Shown: positions 35,267-46,830 of the stretch, in pieces
Position numbering within the stretch: position 1 is the first letter of the stretch
How the letters are laid out: each line of letters starts with the position of its first letter
Assembly (NCBI GenBank): GCA_030390025.1
Contig: CM059435.1
Span: forward strand, 53,568,001-53,632,000
Direction: 5' to 3'
Length of the DNA stretch: 64,000 nt
Source of the DNA: Squalus acanthias
Taxonomy: Eukaryota
Position numbers and translations under genes: made by a program
The notes under the pieces: model-generated
Seen by the model: the letters and a program-made list of their open reading frames with translations, nothing else
The model's database searches: none
What the model was told of the DNA's origin: nothing

Positions 35267-35452
35267 GTCTTACCGTTACTCTTTCATCAGAATAAAAGAT
35301 CTGATTCATGAGGGTGACCCTTTTGGGTTTTGAAGCTTTAGGTTTGAAGTTTCAGGGGAGGGGGAGGGAAAACTAGAAAGGGAAAGAGAGGGAGAGGGTC
35401 TACACGGGAAGCGCATCGCTGGCCTGACTAACAGTTTGATATCCCCACACAG

Positions 35453-35568
35453 CACGATGAGGACGATGGGGACGGTGAAGATGATGCGGAGGTGCAGCAG
35501 GAGTGCCTGCAGAAATTCTCCAGCCGAGATTACATAATGGAGCCACCTATCTTCAACACACTGAAAAG
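35453..35568 (+). CDS. NELFCD: NELFCD exon 2
   Basis: acag|HDEDDGDGEDDAEVQQECLQKFSSRDYIMEPPIFNTLK(R)|gtaact. 116 nt, phase 0 to 2. Confidence 0.95.
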
Positions 35569-35601
35569 GTAACTGAAACCCGCAGTTACAGACAAGCTTG
35601 G

Positions 35602-36585
35602 CACCAGTCTCACCCAGCACTGTGCCAGTCACACCCAGCACTGTGCCAGTCACACCTGACGCCAATGACACTCGACACTGTGCTAGTCACACCCAGCACT
35701 GCGCCAGTCACACCCAGCACTGTGCCAGTCACACCTGATGCCAATGACACTCGACACTGTGCTAGTCACACCCAGCACTGCGCCAGTCACACCCAGCACT
35801 GCGCCAGTCACACCCAGCACTGTGCCAGTCACACCTGACGCCAATGACACTCGACACTGTGCTAGTCACACCCAGCACTGCGCCAGTCACGCCCAGCACT
35901 GTGCCAGTCACACCTGATGCCAATGACACTCGACACTGTGCTAGTCACACCCAGCACTGTGCCAGTCACACCTGACGCCAATGACACTCGACACTGTGCT
36001 AGTCACACCCAGCACTGTGCCAGTCACATCTGACGCCAATGACACTCGACACTGTGCTAGTCACACCCAGCACTGCGCCAGTCACACCTGATGCCAATGA
36101 CACTCGACACTGTGCTAGTCACACCCAGCACTGTGCCAGTCACACCTGATGCCAATGACACTCGACACTATGCTAGTCACACCCAGCACTGTGCCAGTCA
36201 CACCCAGCACTGTGCCAGTCACACCTGATGCCAATGACACTCGACACTGTGCTAGTCACACCCAGCACTGTGCCAGTCACACCTGACGCCAATGACACTC
36301 GACACTGTGCTAGTCACACCCAGCACTGTGCCAGTCACACCTGACGCCAATGACACTCAACACTGTGCTAGTCACACCCAGCACTGTGCCAGTCACACCT
36401 GATGCCAATGACACTCGACACTGTGCTAGTCACACCCAGCACTGTGCCAGTCACACCCAGCACTGTGCCAGTCACACCTGATGCCAATGACACTCGACAC
36501 TGTGCTAGTCACACCCAGCACTGTGCCAGTCACACCTGACGCCAATGACACTCGACACTGTGCTAGTCACACCCAGCACTGCGCC
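35602..36585. repeat. Compound minisatellite (21-bp cactgtgccagtcacacccag interleaved with a ~37-bp variant)
   Basis: Direct tandem repeats starting about 33 nt after exon 2. Confidence 0.92.
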
Positions 36586-37599
36586 GCTCACAACTGGCAC
36601 CAGTCACACTCCGTATTGTACCAGTCGCACTGCGGACCAAGGCTTCCGTAGTTTTCTTATCCCCTTTGAGTATGTTTCAGCTATGAAAATAAAAATAGAA
36701 CAGATTTTTGTTCAAAAAAATCCTATAACCACAGCAACAATCTCTTTCCATCTGTTTCCTCTGCACCTTATAGTATTTAGCTTGAAGTTTGTGTGCTGTA
36801 CAGATGATAATCTGGACAAATGCGAGGGCGATCCCGTTCTCCAAGAGTTAAGCCCGCTCTATAACCAGTGCCTCCTGACCTTGTGGTGCATTTCCCCCGG
36901 TGTCACGTACCTGTTCTTCATGTAAGGACCTGGCCTGTGAATGTCCCCGGTTGAGATCAATTCATTTGGCACAGACCAGTATTGAACCTGTGTGCCTCAG
37001 TACCGCACAGGGCGGGGCCTTTACCCGCGAGAATGATATGCTGATAGGGTTAGATGAAGAGTGGTGGGAGGAGGCTCGTTTGGAGCATAGACCCCGGCAT
37101 AGACTAGTTCGGCCGACTGAAAGAAAGAAAGACTTGCATTTATATAGCGCCTTTCACGACCACCGACGTCCCAAAGCGCTTTACAACCAATGAAGTACTT
37201 TTTGAAGTGTAGTCACTGTTGTACTGTAGCAAACTGTTGTAACAGGAATGGCCTGTTTCTGTGCTGTAAATTCTATGTAATAGGCCATTGGGGAGCTCGG
37301 TATTGAGTTTTAAAGCTGGAGCAAGGATCAGCTTCCAGGCCTGGGAATGATGCTGATCGATGCACTGGCAGCCAGCGACACCTGCTGGTTGTCCGGGAGC
37401 ATAAGCCTACTCTGAGGCATATGCCCACTCTGAGACCTGACTTGGCTACCAATCCAGTGAAGGGAAAAGATAAATCTCTCCTCACAAATGAACAAATACT
37501 GAAAGTATTCTCACTCCCTTCCATACCCCTCCACCAGCCAAAAAAAAGGTGGTTCCCTTTAACTTCATTTTTGTTTAATTTCTGTTGGATTATGCGCTA

Positions 37600-38500
37600 T
37601 TTTTTTGTAGAATCAGAAGTGTACGCAGGGAACAGAAATGGTGCCAGAACAGCACCCTGTGGGACACCGCTGCCCACTTTCAACCACTCTGAGAAACTGC
37701 CCTTAACTCCCACTCTCTGCTTCCTCCCTTATAACCAGTTTTTAATCCACTTTGCTACGCTCCCCCTAATTCCATATCCTTTAATCTTCTCCAATAGTCT
37801 CATGCGTGGTGCCTCATCAAAGGCTTTCTGAAGGTCCATGTACACCACATCCACTGCATTCCCCCCTCCACCACATCCGTCACCTCCTCAAAGAACTCTT
37901 ATCGAGTTTGTCAAGCACGATCTTGTTTTCAGAAATCCCGGTTGGCCGCTTCTAATTATTTTCCTCTTCATCTAGATATTTATAATTTTATTTTTTAATT
38001 AAAAATTTCAAAATTTCCTCTAGCACAGATGTTAGTCAATTTGGCCTGTAATTACCTGGATAAGTCCGGTCTCCCTTTTTTTTAAAAAATGGGCACTACA
38101 TTGGCCACTCTCCAGTCCTCTGGCACACATTCAACTCTCAACAAAACTCTAATTTCTAGAGACTCTGCTATTTTTTCACCCATATCCAAAGCATTGATGT
38201 ACACTCCCTTTTTACATAACATGTGGAGATGCGTTTGAAATTCAATCTAGCTTTTGGCATCTTGTTAGTTGGTTAAAACCCTTTCAATAACTAAAGACTC
38301 TTGAGACCAGTGAACGGTCCCAGAACTGAACCCAGTGATACCCACCTCCAGACACTCTGAGGAACTGCCCCATACTCCGACTCACTGAGTCCTCCCTTCT
38401 GACTACTTTTTAAAATCTAACTTGCCATCCTTCCCCTGATTCCATAGCCCTTGATCTTCTTCTGTAATCTCCTGTGTGTGGGTACCTTGTCAAAGGCTTT
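37600..38500 (-). mobile_element. Decayed CR1 RT fragments
   Basis: Reverse-complemented GVPQG, KAFD and FFEEVT-like segments. Confidence 0.55.
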
Positions 38501-39052
38501 CTGGAAACAAAAAGCTGGGATGTTGGACATCGTGCGAGTTTGCAGTACGTGTTCCTGACCACAGTGTGTCGCCAAACTTCCAACTATTTTATCTACACAA
38601 GAATTCCAAATCCCGACATTCAACAACGTTCATTCTGGAGATGTTATGTTGGTACAAGTTATTGAAAAGGTTTTGTCAAACTAAAAACATATGAAAACCT
38701 AGATTGAATTTCAATCCCAACCCAGCCATGTTGAGTAAAAATTGAGTTTTACTGGTTCTAATTCAGTGCCTTCTGAATTATTCCTGATATACAGGTATCA
38801 GTCAGCTGAGCCTGAGAAAAATATCGGAGTTGTCTCTGACTGTCACACCAACACTGGGGTCTGAACAGCCCTTTTCATACGCTACACGACTTTTGGAGTG
38901 CCACTCAGGCTTCGTAGGTAACCATCCAGGAAAAATAATACAAGTCACAAAATACAGAGCAGTCTCTGCACTGACCTCGAGAGCAGGGGTGGGCAATTAT
39001 TTGGGCTGGAGGGCCATTAACAAGTTTGGGTGAGCTGCTGAGGGCCGCACAC

Positions 39053-39185
39053 CAATGTTCCTCCTAAGGTGTGTGGCTGCGGACCAATCACGAGGTCCAT
39101 GCAGGCAGCTCACCAGCTCCTGCCGCTGTGCGGTCACGCAGCATATTTAAAGGGACCACGCGCGGAAAAAAATTAGGGAACATTG
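39053..39185. mobile_element. Nested 133-bp hAT MITE
   Basis: TIR CAATGTTCC...GGAACATTG with a perfect 8-bp TSD ccgcacac (39045-39052 and 39186-39193). Confidence 0.85.
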
Positions 39186-40307
39186 CCGCACACATAAAAT
39201 GAATTGTGTTAACAACAGCTACCATTAAAATTTGTTATGGCATTTATTGTATAAAGAAACCTTCACGTCATTTCAACACTTAATAAAATTCACAACACTT
39301 ACTAACATGCTGATGAACGTGATACAGGTTTACGAGTCACATTGAAAAGTGCTCGGTCTGTTTATTTCAAATGGTCTAAAATTAACTTCATTCTTATAGT
39401 GGAAAATGAGAGATCGATTCTAATTCCACTGGCAATTATAAACAAGGTATAAAGGTGTTAAATTATAATCAAGGATAAAATCATTGATCCAACCTTTAAA
39501 AATTGCACATGAAAGTGCTACTTTGATGATTTTGAAACCTCGCTAAGAAATAATTAGGTGACTCGGAAAATGATTTATGCCGCAAATTGCGCCCCAGGTC
39601 AGCCATCAAATTGGGCTTGTTCAATGTCAACGTGCGATCACTCCTGAGGAAAGCCAAGACGCCGATAGAGTTTGCGGACTTTCAATTGAGAATGACCACC
39701 AGTAATGCACCATTATAAAGCACAGTTCATCCCCGAGTGCTATTTATTACTAGGACTGGCCAACAACATAAATCTCTACAACCCTCTTCCAGTCGTGACA
39801 ATAACCTTAAATTGTTCGTGCTATGGGGACAAAGGGCTTAAATAAAAACAGTCCAATGTCCAATATACCCGGGCCCATTTAGATATGCCTCCACTATGCT
39901 AATCAAGTGGGATAATATTAAAACGCGTGAATAATTGTGCAAGAATTAATAACCCCACTAACATGTGTGAGCAAAGTGTTAAACTGATAAATTTGAAACA
40001 GGCCAACTCATAGTGTTGATCATCATTCCCACTTCTACCCTCCCAATAATTTATAAACATAAATTCAGAAAGTAGTCAAATACTATCTTAAATACACAAA
40101 ATGTAGTGTAAAATAGTAAAATCTTCCATTACTAAATGAATGAAATGATTGATCGATCGATTATATGTTGTACTGAGAGTCTACGGGGCTGTTTGGCAGA
40201 GTGGCTCGAGTCTGGGGCCTCCGACGCGAGAGGTGTTCTTTTTTTAGTGTGCTGAGTATGGGAGCCCGAGGCTTCGCAAGGCCTGAACTACAATCGCGTG
40301 CCATTAC

Positions 40308-40452
40308 CTGAAGTCCTTGTGCTCCGGGATCCACTCCCGTGTCTAAGACGGTGATGAGACCTCCCCTGCCGTCGCACTCTGGGTACTGGGAGAGGAAAGA
40401 CACAGTGCCAGTCTCTTTCTTCGGTGAAAGAGTCCTCGAGATGAACAGCCAT
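40308..40452 (-). pseudogene. TPP2: Tripeptidyl-peptidase II exon 1 fragment (frameshifted, unprocessed)
   Basis: [48 protein letters not shown]|gtaatg versus the TPP2 N-terminus [38 protein letters not shown]. Similarity ends at a GT donor. Confidence 0.88.
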
Positions 40453-40627
40453 GACTCGACTCAGGCTAATGTGCAGCTCGAGCTCTGGCTCGCGTTCTAT
40501 TTCTGTCCCGCCCAGCGGGCCAGATGGAATGAACTGACGGGCCGTATTTTGCCCACCACTGCTCTAGAGCTACTGTCTCCTTTACTATACACACGCTGAC
40601 CCCGAGAGTTACCGTCTCCTCTAATAC

Positions 40628-42556
40628 ACACTGACCCTGGGCCGTGAGGGATATGACAGTGACTGACCCCGGGCCGTGTGGGATATGATAGTGACTGACC
40701 CTGGGCCGTGTGGGATATGACAGTGACTGACCCTGGGCCGTGTGGGATATGACAGTGACTGACCCCGGGCCGTGAGGGATATGACAGTGACTGACCCCGG
40801 GCCGTGTGGGATATGACAGTGACTGACCCTGGGCCGTGTGGGATATGACAGTGACTGACCCTGGGCCGTGTGGGATATGATAGTGACTGACCCTGGGCCA
40901 TGTGGGATGTGATAGTGACTGACCCTGGGCTGTGTGGGATATGATAGTGACTGACCCTGGGCTGTGTGGGATATGATGGTGACTGACCCTGGGCCATGTG
41001 GGATGTGATAGTGACTGACTCTGGGCCGTGTGGGATATGACAGTGACTGACCCTGGGCCGTGTGGGATGTGATAGTGACTGACCCTGGGCTGTGTGGGAT
41101 ATGACAGTGACTGACCCTGGGCCGTGTGGGATAAGATGGTGACTGACCCCGGGCTGTGTGGGATAAGATGGTGACTGACCCTGGGCCGTGTGGGATATGA
41201 CAGTGACTGACCCCGGGCTGTGTGGGATATGATAGTGACTGACCCTGGGCCATGTGGGATATGACAGTGACTGACCCTGGGCTGTGTGGGATATGACAGT
41301 GACTGACCTTGGGCCGTGTGGGATATGATAGTGACTGACCCCGGGCTGTGTGGGATATGATAGTGACTGACCCTGGGCTGTGTGGGATATGATGGTGACT
41401 GACCCTGGGCCGTGTGGGATATGACAGTGACTGACCCCGGGCTGTGTGGGATATGATAGTGACTGACCCTGGGCTGTGTGGGATATGATGGTGACTGACC
41501 CTGGGCCGTGTGGGATATGATAGTGACTGACCCTGGGCCGTGTGGGATATGACAGTGACTGACCCCGGGCTGTGTGGGATATGATAGTGACTGACCCTGG
41601 GCCGCGTGTGATATGACAGTGACTGACCCTAGGCCGTGTGGGATATGACAGTGACTGACCCCGGGCCGTGTGGGATATGATAGTGACTGACCCTGGGCCA
41701 TGTGGGATATGATAGTGACTGACCCTGGGCCGTGTGTGATATGATAGTGACTGACCCTGGGCCGTGTGGGATATGATAGTGACTGACCCTGGGCCGTGTG
41801 TGATATGACAGTGACTGACCCTGGGCCGTGTGGGATATGATAGTGACTGACCCTGGGCCGTGTGGGATATGACAGTGACTGACCCCGGGCCGTGTGGGAT
41901 ATGATAGTGACTGACCCTGGGCCATGTGGGATATGATAGTGACTGACCCTGGGCCATGTGGGATATGATAGTGACTGACCCTGGGCCGTGTGGGATATGA
42001 CAGTGACTGACCCCGGGCCGTGTGGGATATGATAGTGACTGACCCTGGGCCGTGTGGGATATGACAGTGACTGACCCTGGGCTGTGTGGGATATGACAGT
42101 GACTGACCCTGGGCCGTGTGGGATATGACAGTGACTGACCCTGGGCTGTGTGGGATATGATGGTGACTGACCCCGGGCTGTGTGGGATATGATAGTGACT
42201 GACCCTGGGCCATGTGGGATATGATGCGGAGATGCCGGTGTTGGACTGGGGTGGACAAAATTGAGAGGTCACACAACACCAGGTTATAGTCCAACCGTTT
42301 TATTTGAAATCACAAGCTTTCGGAGCTATCGATAGCTCCGAAAGCTTGTGATTTCAAATAAAACTGTTGGACTATAACCTGGTGTTGTGTGACCTCTCAA
42401 TCATGTGGGATATGACAGTGACTGACCCCGGGCCGCGTGTGATATGACAGTGACTGACCCCTGGCTGTGTGGGATGTGATCATGACTGACCCTGGGCCAT
42501 GTGGGATATGACAGTGACTGACCCCGGGCTGTGTGGGATATGATGGTGACTGACCT
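40628..42556. repeat. 32-bp minisatellite (gtgactgaccctgggccgtgtgggatatgaca)n
   Basis: Direct tandem repeats, interrupted at 42225-42401, ending about 26 nt before exon 3. Confidence 0.95.
42225..42401 (-). mobile_element. Penelope-type fold-back insertion with a 142-bp palindrome
   Basis: Palindrome 42260-42401 centred on gctatc|gatagc, plus a 35-nt unpaired tail. Flanked by catgtgggatatga on both sides. Confidence 0.8.
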
Positions 42557-42582
42557 TGATTGTATATGTTTCACTTCCCCAG

Positions 42583-42692
42583 GTATTTCCAGGCAGGAGG
42601 CTCTCCAGAACATGTGATCCAGATGCTATCTGAGAATTATACAGCAGTAGCACAGACTGTAAACCTGTTAGCAGAGTGGCTGATTCAGACAG
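42583..42692 (+). CDS. NELFCD: NELFCD exon 3
   Basis: cccag|(R)[36 protein letters not shown](G)|gtaaca. 110 nt. Confidence 0.96.
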
Positions 42693-43355
42693 GTAACACA
42701 TGGCCAGCACTGGGTAAACTGGTAAAGCTGAAAAATACAAATTGAACACGTCTTTGATGTATTGAGGATAACTCGCTGATCTTTTCTTGTGGAGGGAATC
42801 AGATCCTTTCCGCTGGGTGTCTCTGAGAGCGCGGTGGAGTGCCTGCGACTTGGCCTGGGCCCTGATGCTCTCAGCAGCTGCCGCCCATGTTTTAGGAGGG
42901 GTTCAGGCTCAGCCCTCCTCTGATTTTCTCTCTCCATCACAGTGGGAATTAAAAGTTGTGAGGGTGATGCTACCACCCCCGGTTGCTGTGGCACCTTTGT
43001 TGGCGTTTCAATGTGATTCCCCCCTTGGTAACACACCGACAGTGATGGGTTATGTGCTTCCTTAATGGGGAGTCTCGGTCTTCGATGATAAGTGCCAGAT
43101 TCAGTTGTCTCAGTGACATTGTTAATTTGGTGTAATTTCTTCATTGGACCCGAGTTTAAATTATGGTAGGTTAAGTTATTAACGTATTGTGTAATTTTAA
43201 TAAAAGGCTACACCTGAGGCATTTACCAATCCCTTTCTCTTTCAGACACTGTTCAATCTGTTGTGCATTTATTGCATTTTCTGTTATTATTTCTGGTGTA
43301 ATTATGTTGCGCAAGGTTCTTTCCTTGGAGCTAATTGGGTTGTGTTATGTCTGTG

Positions 43356-43762
43356 GGACCCGTCTGTCTGATTGGGTTGTGTCTACAGAGACCGTCTGTC
43401 TGATTGGGTTGTGTCTACAGAGACCGTCTGTCTGATTGGGTTGTGTCTACAGAGACCGTCTGTCTGATTGGGTTGTGTCTACAGAGACCGTCTGTCTGAT
43501 TGGGTTGTGTCTACAGAGACCGTCTGTCTGATTGGGTTGTGTCTACAGAGACCGTCTGTCTGATTGGGTTGTGTCTACAGAGACCGTCTGTCTGATTGGG
43601 TTGTGTCTACAGAGACCGTCTGTCTGATTGGGTTGTGTCTACAGAGACCGTCTGTCTGATTGGGTTGTGTCTACAGAGACCGTCTGTCTGATTGGGTTGT
43701 GTCTACAGAGACCGTCTGTCTGATTGGGTTGTGTCTACAGAGACCGTCTGTCTGATTGGGTT
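43356..43762. repeat. 32-bp minisatellite (gaccgtctgtctgattgggttgtgtctacaga)n
   Basis: About 12 essentially identical units. Confidence 0.95.
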
Positions 43763-44551
43763 CATAGAATCATACAGCGCAAAAGGAGGCCATTTGGCCT
43801 ATTGTGTCTGTGCCGGCTCTTTGAAAGAGCTCTCCAATTAGTCCCACTCCCCTGCTCTTTTCCCCATAGCCCTGCAAATTTTTCCCCTTCAAGTATTTTA
43901 TCCAATTCCCTTTTGAAAGTTACTATTGAATCTGCTTACACCGCCCGACAGGCCGTGCATTCCAGATCATAACCACTCGCTGCGTAAATGTTTTTTTTCC
44001 CCCTCATGTCGCCTCTGGTTCTTTTACCAATCACCTTAAACCTGTGTCCTCTGGTTATCGACCCTTCTGCCACTGGAACCAGTTTCTCCTTAACTACTCT
44101 ATCAAACAGTTCATGATTTTGAACACCTCTATCAAATCTCCTTTTAACTTTCTCTGCTCTAAGGAAAACAACCCCAGATTCTCCAGTCTCTCCACATAAC
44201 TGAAGTCCCTCATCCCTGGTAAATGTCCCCTGCACCCTCTCTAAGGTCTTGACATCCTTCCTAAAGTGTGCTGCCTAGAATTTGACACAATACTCCAGCT
44301 GGGGCCTAATCAGTGATTTATAACGGTTTAACATAACTTCCTTGCTTTTGTACTCGATGCCTCTATTTATAAAGCCAAGGATCCCATATGCTTTTTTTAA
44401 CAGGCTTTTTAACCTGTCCTACCACCTTCCAACATTTGTGTATGTACACTCTCTGTTCCTGCACCCCCTTTAAAATTTAGTTTATATTGCCTCTCCTCAT
44501 TCTTCCGACAAAAATACATCACTTCACACTTCTCTGTGTTAAATTTCATTT

Positions 44552-45228
44552 TGCGGAGATGCCGGTGTTGGACTGGGGTGGACAAAATTGAGAGGTCGCA
44601 CAACACCAGGTTATAGTCCAACAGTTTTATTTGAAATCACAAGCTTTCGGAGCTATCGATTGCCCCTTCCTCAGGTGAAGTAAATAGATACAGAATCGCC
44701 AAAGCATATATAGATAGAGAACAAAGCATGTGTACCTTACAATTGCAGACCACTAAATTAAATCATCCTGACTATCTGCCGAGGTGTGATAAAGTTAATC
44801 AGGTCAGCCAGGAAGGTACCACATCAAAGACATAGCAAGATACAACTGAGACAATGAGGTGTAGTCGCAGGGGTTCTAACGTGTCAAAAGCTGCCGTCTG
44901 TATGTAAAACGTTTTACATACAGACGGCAGCTTTTGACACGTTAGAACCTCTGCGACTACACCTCATTGTCTCAGTTGTATCTTGCTATGTCTTTGATGT
45001 GGTACCTTCCTGGCTGACCTGATTAACTTTATCACACCTCGGCAGATAGTCAGGATGATTTAATTTAGTGGTCTGCAATTGTAAGGTACACATGCTTTGT
45101 TCTCTATCTATATATGCTTTGGCGATTCTGTATCTATTTACTTCACCTGAGGAAGGGGCAATCGATAGCTCCGAAAGCTTGTGATTTCAAATAAAACTGT
45201 TGGACTATAACCTGGTGTTGTGCGACCT
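44552..45228 (-). mobile_element. Penelope-type fold-back insertion with a 636-bp palindrome
   Basis: Palindrome 44593-45228 centred on aaaac|gtttt, plus a 41-nt unpaired tail. 13-bp TSD ttaaatttcattt (44539-44551 and 45229-45241). Confidence 0.85.
45142..45184 (+). ncRNA. Minimal hammerhead ribozyme motif (mirror copy on - at 44637-44679)
   Basis: tcac-CTGAGGA-a-ggggc/gctcc stem-GAAA-gc-tt-gtga. Confidence 0.65.
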
Positions 45229-45584
45229 TTAAATTTCATTTGCCATGTGTTTGCCTAATTCACCAGTCTGTCTATGTCCTCCTGAAGTCTGTTACTATCC
45301 TCCTCACTGTTTGCTACATTTCTGAGTTGCGTATCATCTGCAAACTTTAGAATTATGCCCCGTATACCCAAGTCCAGGTCAATTAATACATTAATATATA
45401 TCAAAAAGAGCAGTGGTCCCAACACCGACCCTGAGGGACACCACTGTATACTTGTCTCCAGTCTGAAAAACAACTGTTACCACTACTCTCTGCTTTCTGT
45501 TTCTTAGCCAATTTTGGATCAATGGGCTGCAATTTTGCAAACAAGTTTATTATGTGGTACTTTAATAAACCCCTTATGAAAGTT

Positions 45585-45992
45585 GGACCCTTCTGTCTGA
45601 TTTGGCTGTGTCTGTAGGACCCTGCCGTCTGATTGGGCTGTCCCTGTAGGGCTCTTCTCTCTGTAGGGCTCTTCTGTCTGATTAGGCTGTGTCTGATTGG
45701 GCTGTGTCTGGAGGGCTCTTCTGTCTGATTGGGCTGTGTCTGGCGGGCTCTTCTGTCTGATTGGGCTGTGTCTGGAGGGCTCTTCTGTCTGATTGGGCTG
45801 TGTCTGGAGGGCTCTTCGGTCTGATTGGGCTGTGTCTGGAGGGCTCTTCTGTCTGATTGGGCTGTGTCTGGAGGGCTCTTCTGTCTGATTGGGCTGTGTC
45901 TGGAGGGCTCTTCTCTCTGATTGGGCTGTGTCTGGAGGGCTCTTCTGTCTGATTGGGCTGTCCCTGCAGGTCCCTTCTGTCTGTAGGACCCT
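45585..45992. repeat. 32-bp minisatellite (ctgattgggctgtgtctggagggctcttctgt)n
   Basis: Direct tandem repeats related to the 43356 array. Confidence 0.9.
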
Positions 45993-46577
45993 TTCCTGGG
46001 GCCTTGGTAGGTTGAGTCATGGGGACCTATGGGTTCTATTCACCCTCCTGTACCTCATCCAAGTGGCCGTTCTTTATGTGCAGGCCCTAATGGTGAATGT
46101 TAACAGGCTAATTTACTGTAAGGGGGCAAAATAGCCCAGGCCAATCTCATTCTCATCTGATGCACATATATGCACTTTCCAGCAGGAGTCACTAAATAGT
46201 GATCAGTACTCAGGACCCTAACTAATTTTTACCCTCCTTAACCCATGGGAGGGAGGGGGAAGAGAGATCCACTATCATCCCTCTGAGCTATGGGTGAAGC
46301 TAGTTGAGTTGTGCTGTGCCCTTGCATCCTTGTGTCTGGCTGGCTGGCCTGGATTGTGACGTCCAAGTCCTTGGGTCTGGTTGAGTTGGGTTGCTTCACC
46401 ACCCCCCCAATCCCCAATCCCACGTCCTTGGATTTTGGTGAACTGGGCTTTGGCTCTCAACTCCTTATATCTGGCTGCGTTGAGTTGTGTTGCCCAAGTT
46501 TGGTTGGGTTGTACAGGCCCATATACCTGTTCTATTTGTCTGAAATCTGTTGCAGTTTGTGCCTTTTTCCTTCTCAG

Positions 46578-46687
46578 GGGTGGAACCATCACATGTTCAG
46601 GAGACTGTTGAAAACCATTTGAAGAGTTTGCTGATTAAACACTTTGATCCTCGGAAAGCTGATTCCATTTTCACAGAGGAGGGGGAG
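46578..46687 (+). CDS. NELFCD: NELFCD exon 4
   Basis: ctcag|(G)[36 protein letters not shown]|gtaatg. 110 nt. Confidence 0.96.
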
Positions 46688-46830
46688 GTAATGTTCTGAA
46701 AGCTTTTCCAAAATTAGGTCATGTATTTATGGCACGTTACACACAAAGAATGATTCAACTAAAAGATGCAAAGTGATTAAACCAGGAGGGAGAAATAAGA
46801 AACAAGTGAGTAAAACATTAGAGCTGAAGG

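Larger units (their letters stand above)
38984..40561. mobile_element. Non-autonomous hAT (Charlie-type) element carrying a host gene fragment
   Basis: TIR CAGGGGTGGGCAA / TTGCCCACCACTG (12 of 13 match). 8-bp TSD ctcgagag (38976-38983) / ctctagag (40562-40569). Confidence 0.85.
43763..45582 (-). mobile_element. 5'-truncated decayed CR1, interrupted by the palindromic insertion
   Basis: RT and C-terminal peptides ([39 protein letters not shown]) and a 3' tail at 43763. Confidence 0.8.

Noticed and set aside
40161-40452. Functional nested TPP2 gene
   Set aside because: Frameshift after codon 9, no downstream TPP2 exons in the window, and enclosed by transposon TIRs.
40466-42294. 591-aa and 411-aa His/Ser/Pro-rich ORFs
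   Set aside because: These are translations of the 32-bp minisatellite, with no coding evidence.
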